Translations under genes and position numbers: made by a program | Notes under the pieces: model-generated | What the model was told of the DNA's origin: nothing | What the model saw: the letters and a program-made list of their open reading frames with translations, nothing else | The model's database searches: none | From: Eubacteriales bacterium | Lineage (GTDB): Bacteria > Bacillota > Clostridia > Oscillospirales > CAG-272 | Assembly: GCA_045660785.1 (NCBI GenBank) | Contig: JAZREL010000014.1 | Location: 4,849 to 68,848, forward strand | Length of the DNA: 64,000 nt | Direction: 5' to 3' | Shown: positions 62,407-64,000 of the stretch, in pieces | How positions within the stretch are numbered: position 1 is the stretch's first letter | Layout of the letters: each line of letters starts with the position of its first letter

Positions 62407-63243
62407 ATGGACGAAATTATTAAAGCTAACCCCATCGAAAACGATGAAGCCGCTATCTCGCCACTTGACGAAACAGCTGGTTGCGACTGCTGTTGTGAGT
62501 GCGAAGCAAGCGATGAATCGTGTAGTGAGCAAACGACGGCAGAAACGGTTGTTTCGGTTAATAAGCTATTCAAGGATTACGGCAAGCTTATGGCATTAAA
62601 CGGCGTTGATTTAACGCTCACATCAGGCAAAATCGTTGGTCTTCTCGGCCCTAACGGAAGCGGAAAGACAACGCTTATTAAAATTCTTGCAGGTCTTTTG
62701 ACCGCAACGTATGGAGATGCAAAAATTTGCGGCAAGGAAATCGGCGAGGAAACAAAGGCGCTTGTTTCTTACCTTCCCGAGCGCCCTTATTTCAGCTCTT
62801 GGATGAAGGTTGAAGAGTGTCTTGACTTCTTTGGCGACTTTTATGCGGACTTTGACCGTGAGCTTGCTGAAAAGATGCTTGTTGACCTTGAAATTGACAA
62901 GACAAAGAAGCTCCGCACGCTCTCAAAGGGTACGCGTGAAAAGGTGCAGCTCATTCTCGTTATGTCAAGACGCGCAAAGCTTTATTTACTTGACGAGCCG
63001 ATTGCAGGCGTTGACCCGGCGGCACGTGACTACATTCTTGAAACAATTATTTCCGCATACAACAGAGAGGCAACCGTTGTTATCTCCACGCACTTAATTT
63101 CCGATATTGAAAACGTGCTTGACGAGTATATCTTCATTAAGCACGGCAACATTGTGGAATTCGGCAATGCAAAGAATTACGAGGAGAAAAACGGCGAAAC
63201 ACTCGATATGCACTTTAGGGAGGTGTTTAAGTATGTTCGGTAA
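62407..63243 (+). CDS. ABC transporter ATP-binding protein with Cys/acidic N-terminal extension
   Basis: Start after AAAAGGAG (17 codons into the track ORF). Walker A GPNGSGKTT, signature LSKGTREK and Walker B LYLLDEP. The N-terminal 45 aa or so contain GCDCCCECEASDESC. Confidence 0.85.
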   Translation: MDEIIKANPIENDEAAISPLDETAGCDCCCECEASDESCSEQTTAETVVSVNKLFKDYGKLMALNGVDLTLTSGKIVGLLGPNGSGKTTLIKILAGLLTATYGDAKICGKEIGEETKALVSYLPERPYFSSWMKVEECLDFFGDFYADFDRELAEKMLVDLEIDKTKKLRTLSKGTREKVQLILVMSRRAKLYLLDEPIAGVDPAARDYILETIISAYNREATVVISTHLISDIENVLDEYIFIKHGNIVEFGNAKNYEEKNGETLDMHFREVFKYVR

Positions 63244-64000
63244 GCTATTTAAATATGATATGAAATCGACAATGCGCGTTGGCTTGCCACTGCTTATCGC
63301 CGCGCTTGCACTTGTTGTTTTTGGAGTTTTGAACAATCTTTTCTCCGCATTTACACAGGATTTATCGCTTAAAATGACCGAATGGTTGGTTAACGGAACT
63401 ATTAACGAGCGCTTAGCCACCGTGCTTACAATTCTTATCACGCTGACCACGCTTATTTCCTCGTTCCTCCAATCAATCGGCTCAATGGTGCTTGCGGCAA
63501 CCTATATTGCAATGATAATTATCAATCTTGTAAACTTCTACAAGAACCTTATCACCGACGAGGGCTACCTTATGTTCACCTTGCCCGTACGTCCTATTGA
63601 AATTCTTTCATCAAAGGTTGTAAACGCGTGCATTTGGAACTTTGCCGCTTACGCAGTTGTGCTTGTTGGCTCACTCGTTCAAAGCTTGCCAACCTACATT
63701 CGTACAATTGCGCTTATAATTATTGCTAACAAGGATCTCGGCTTAGAGATTGATCTTTGGCCGATAATTCAAGAGGTATTTGGAGTATCGGGAATCAGCC
63801 CAATGCTTCTTGCCCTTATGATTGTGCTTGCAATTGCGGTTTCACTTTGCATCGTTATTGCAACACCCGTGTTTATGTTCTTCACAATTTACCTTGGCGG
63901 TGTTGTGGCAAAGAAGCACAAGCTTCTTGCAGGTGCGGGCTTCACGCTCCTTGGCTACGAGGTTTACACGATTATCGAAACGATAATTGTGTTCTTCACA
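63233..64000 (+). CDS. ABC transporter permease-like membrane protein (5' part; runs off right edge)
   Basis: Open-ended, so absent from the ORF track. ATG at 63233 after AGGGAGG, overlapping the upstream stop. Reads MFGKLFKYDMKSTMRVGLPLLIAALALVVFG... with no stop to 64000 and several hydrophobic segments. Confidence 0.6.
   Translation, partial: MFGKLFKYDMKSTMRVGLPLLIAALALVVFGVLNNLFSAFTQDLSLKMTEWLVNGTINERLATVLTILITLTTLISSFLQSIGSMVLAATYIAMIIINLVNFYKNLITDEGYLMFTLPVRPIEILSSKVVNACIWNFAAYAVVLVGSLVQSLPTYIRTIALIIIANKDLGLEIDLWPIIQEVFGVSGISPMLLALMIVLAIAVSLCIVIATPVFMFFTIYLGGVVAKKHKLLAGAGFTLLGYEVYTIIETIIVFFT

Overview
This window looks like a Firmicutes (Clostridia-like) chromosomal segment of about 45% GC, judged by eye. 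It is densely coding with mostly housekeeping and sugar-acid genes.

Gene content, left to right:
- Two SGNH esterases.
- An AT-rich restriction-modification islet: two beta-class N6/N4 DNA methyltransferases, an HNH-motif endonuclease candidate and a divergent HTH controller.
- upp.
- A hexuronate/glucuronide-type locus: uxuA, a GPH symporter, GH2, rhaM-like, AraC, a CE15-like esterase, SDR, two TIM-barrel isomerases, a Gfo/Idh/MocA oxidoreductase and later kdgK.
- mgtC, a cyclase and a GDPD gene.
- A lipoprotein and four tandem zinc-ribbon membrane proteins.
- dapA, queA, a miaA-yggS fusion, sepF, yggT, lspA and rluD.
- ogg, citrate synthase, rsmG, galK, ymdB and nadE.
- A Na+-translocating oxaloacetate decarboxylase operon.
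- alaS, mnmM and mnmE.
- An RNHCP and radical-SAM gene pair.
- A large LRR/Cys-rich surface protein.
- feoAB, copA, a DtxR-family regulator and an ABC transporter.

No rRNA, tRNA or CRISPR array was recognised.

Two signals stand out:
1. A family of small palindrome-ended elements sits exactly at the 3' ends of four conserved genes (dapA, kdgK, nadE, alaS). One is a full copy carrying a DUF559/Vsr-like nuclease gene between about 46-nt composite inverted repeats. The other three are solo-end, MITE-like copies. Each is followed by an intact but recoded (largely synonymous) duplicate of the host gene's last 9-33 codons.
2. A 240-bp array of about 12 different mini-palindromes lies between mnmE and the RNHCP gene, at about 20-nt phasing. 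The palindromes are separated by a conserved CATNAATTG linker that flips orientation mid-array.

CDS coordinates come from the supplied ORF track, with starts adjusted by codon counting. Non-ORF coordinates were read off the ruler and may be off by 1-2 nt.
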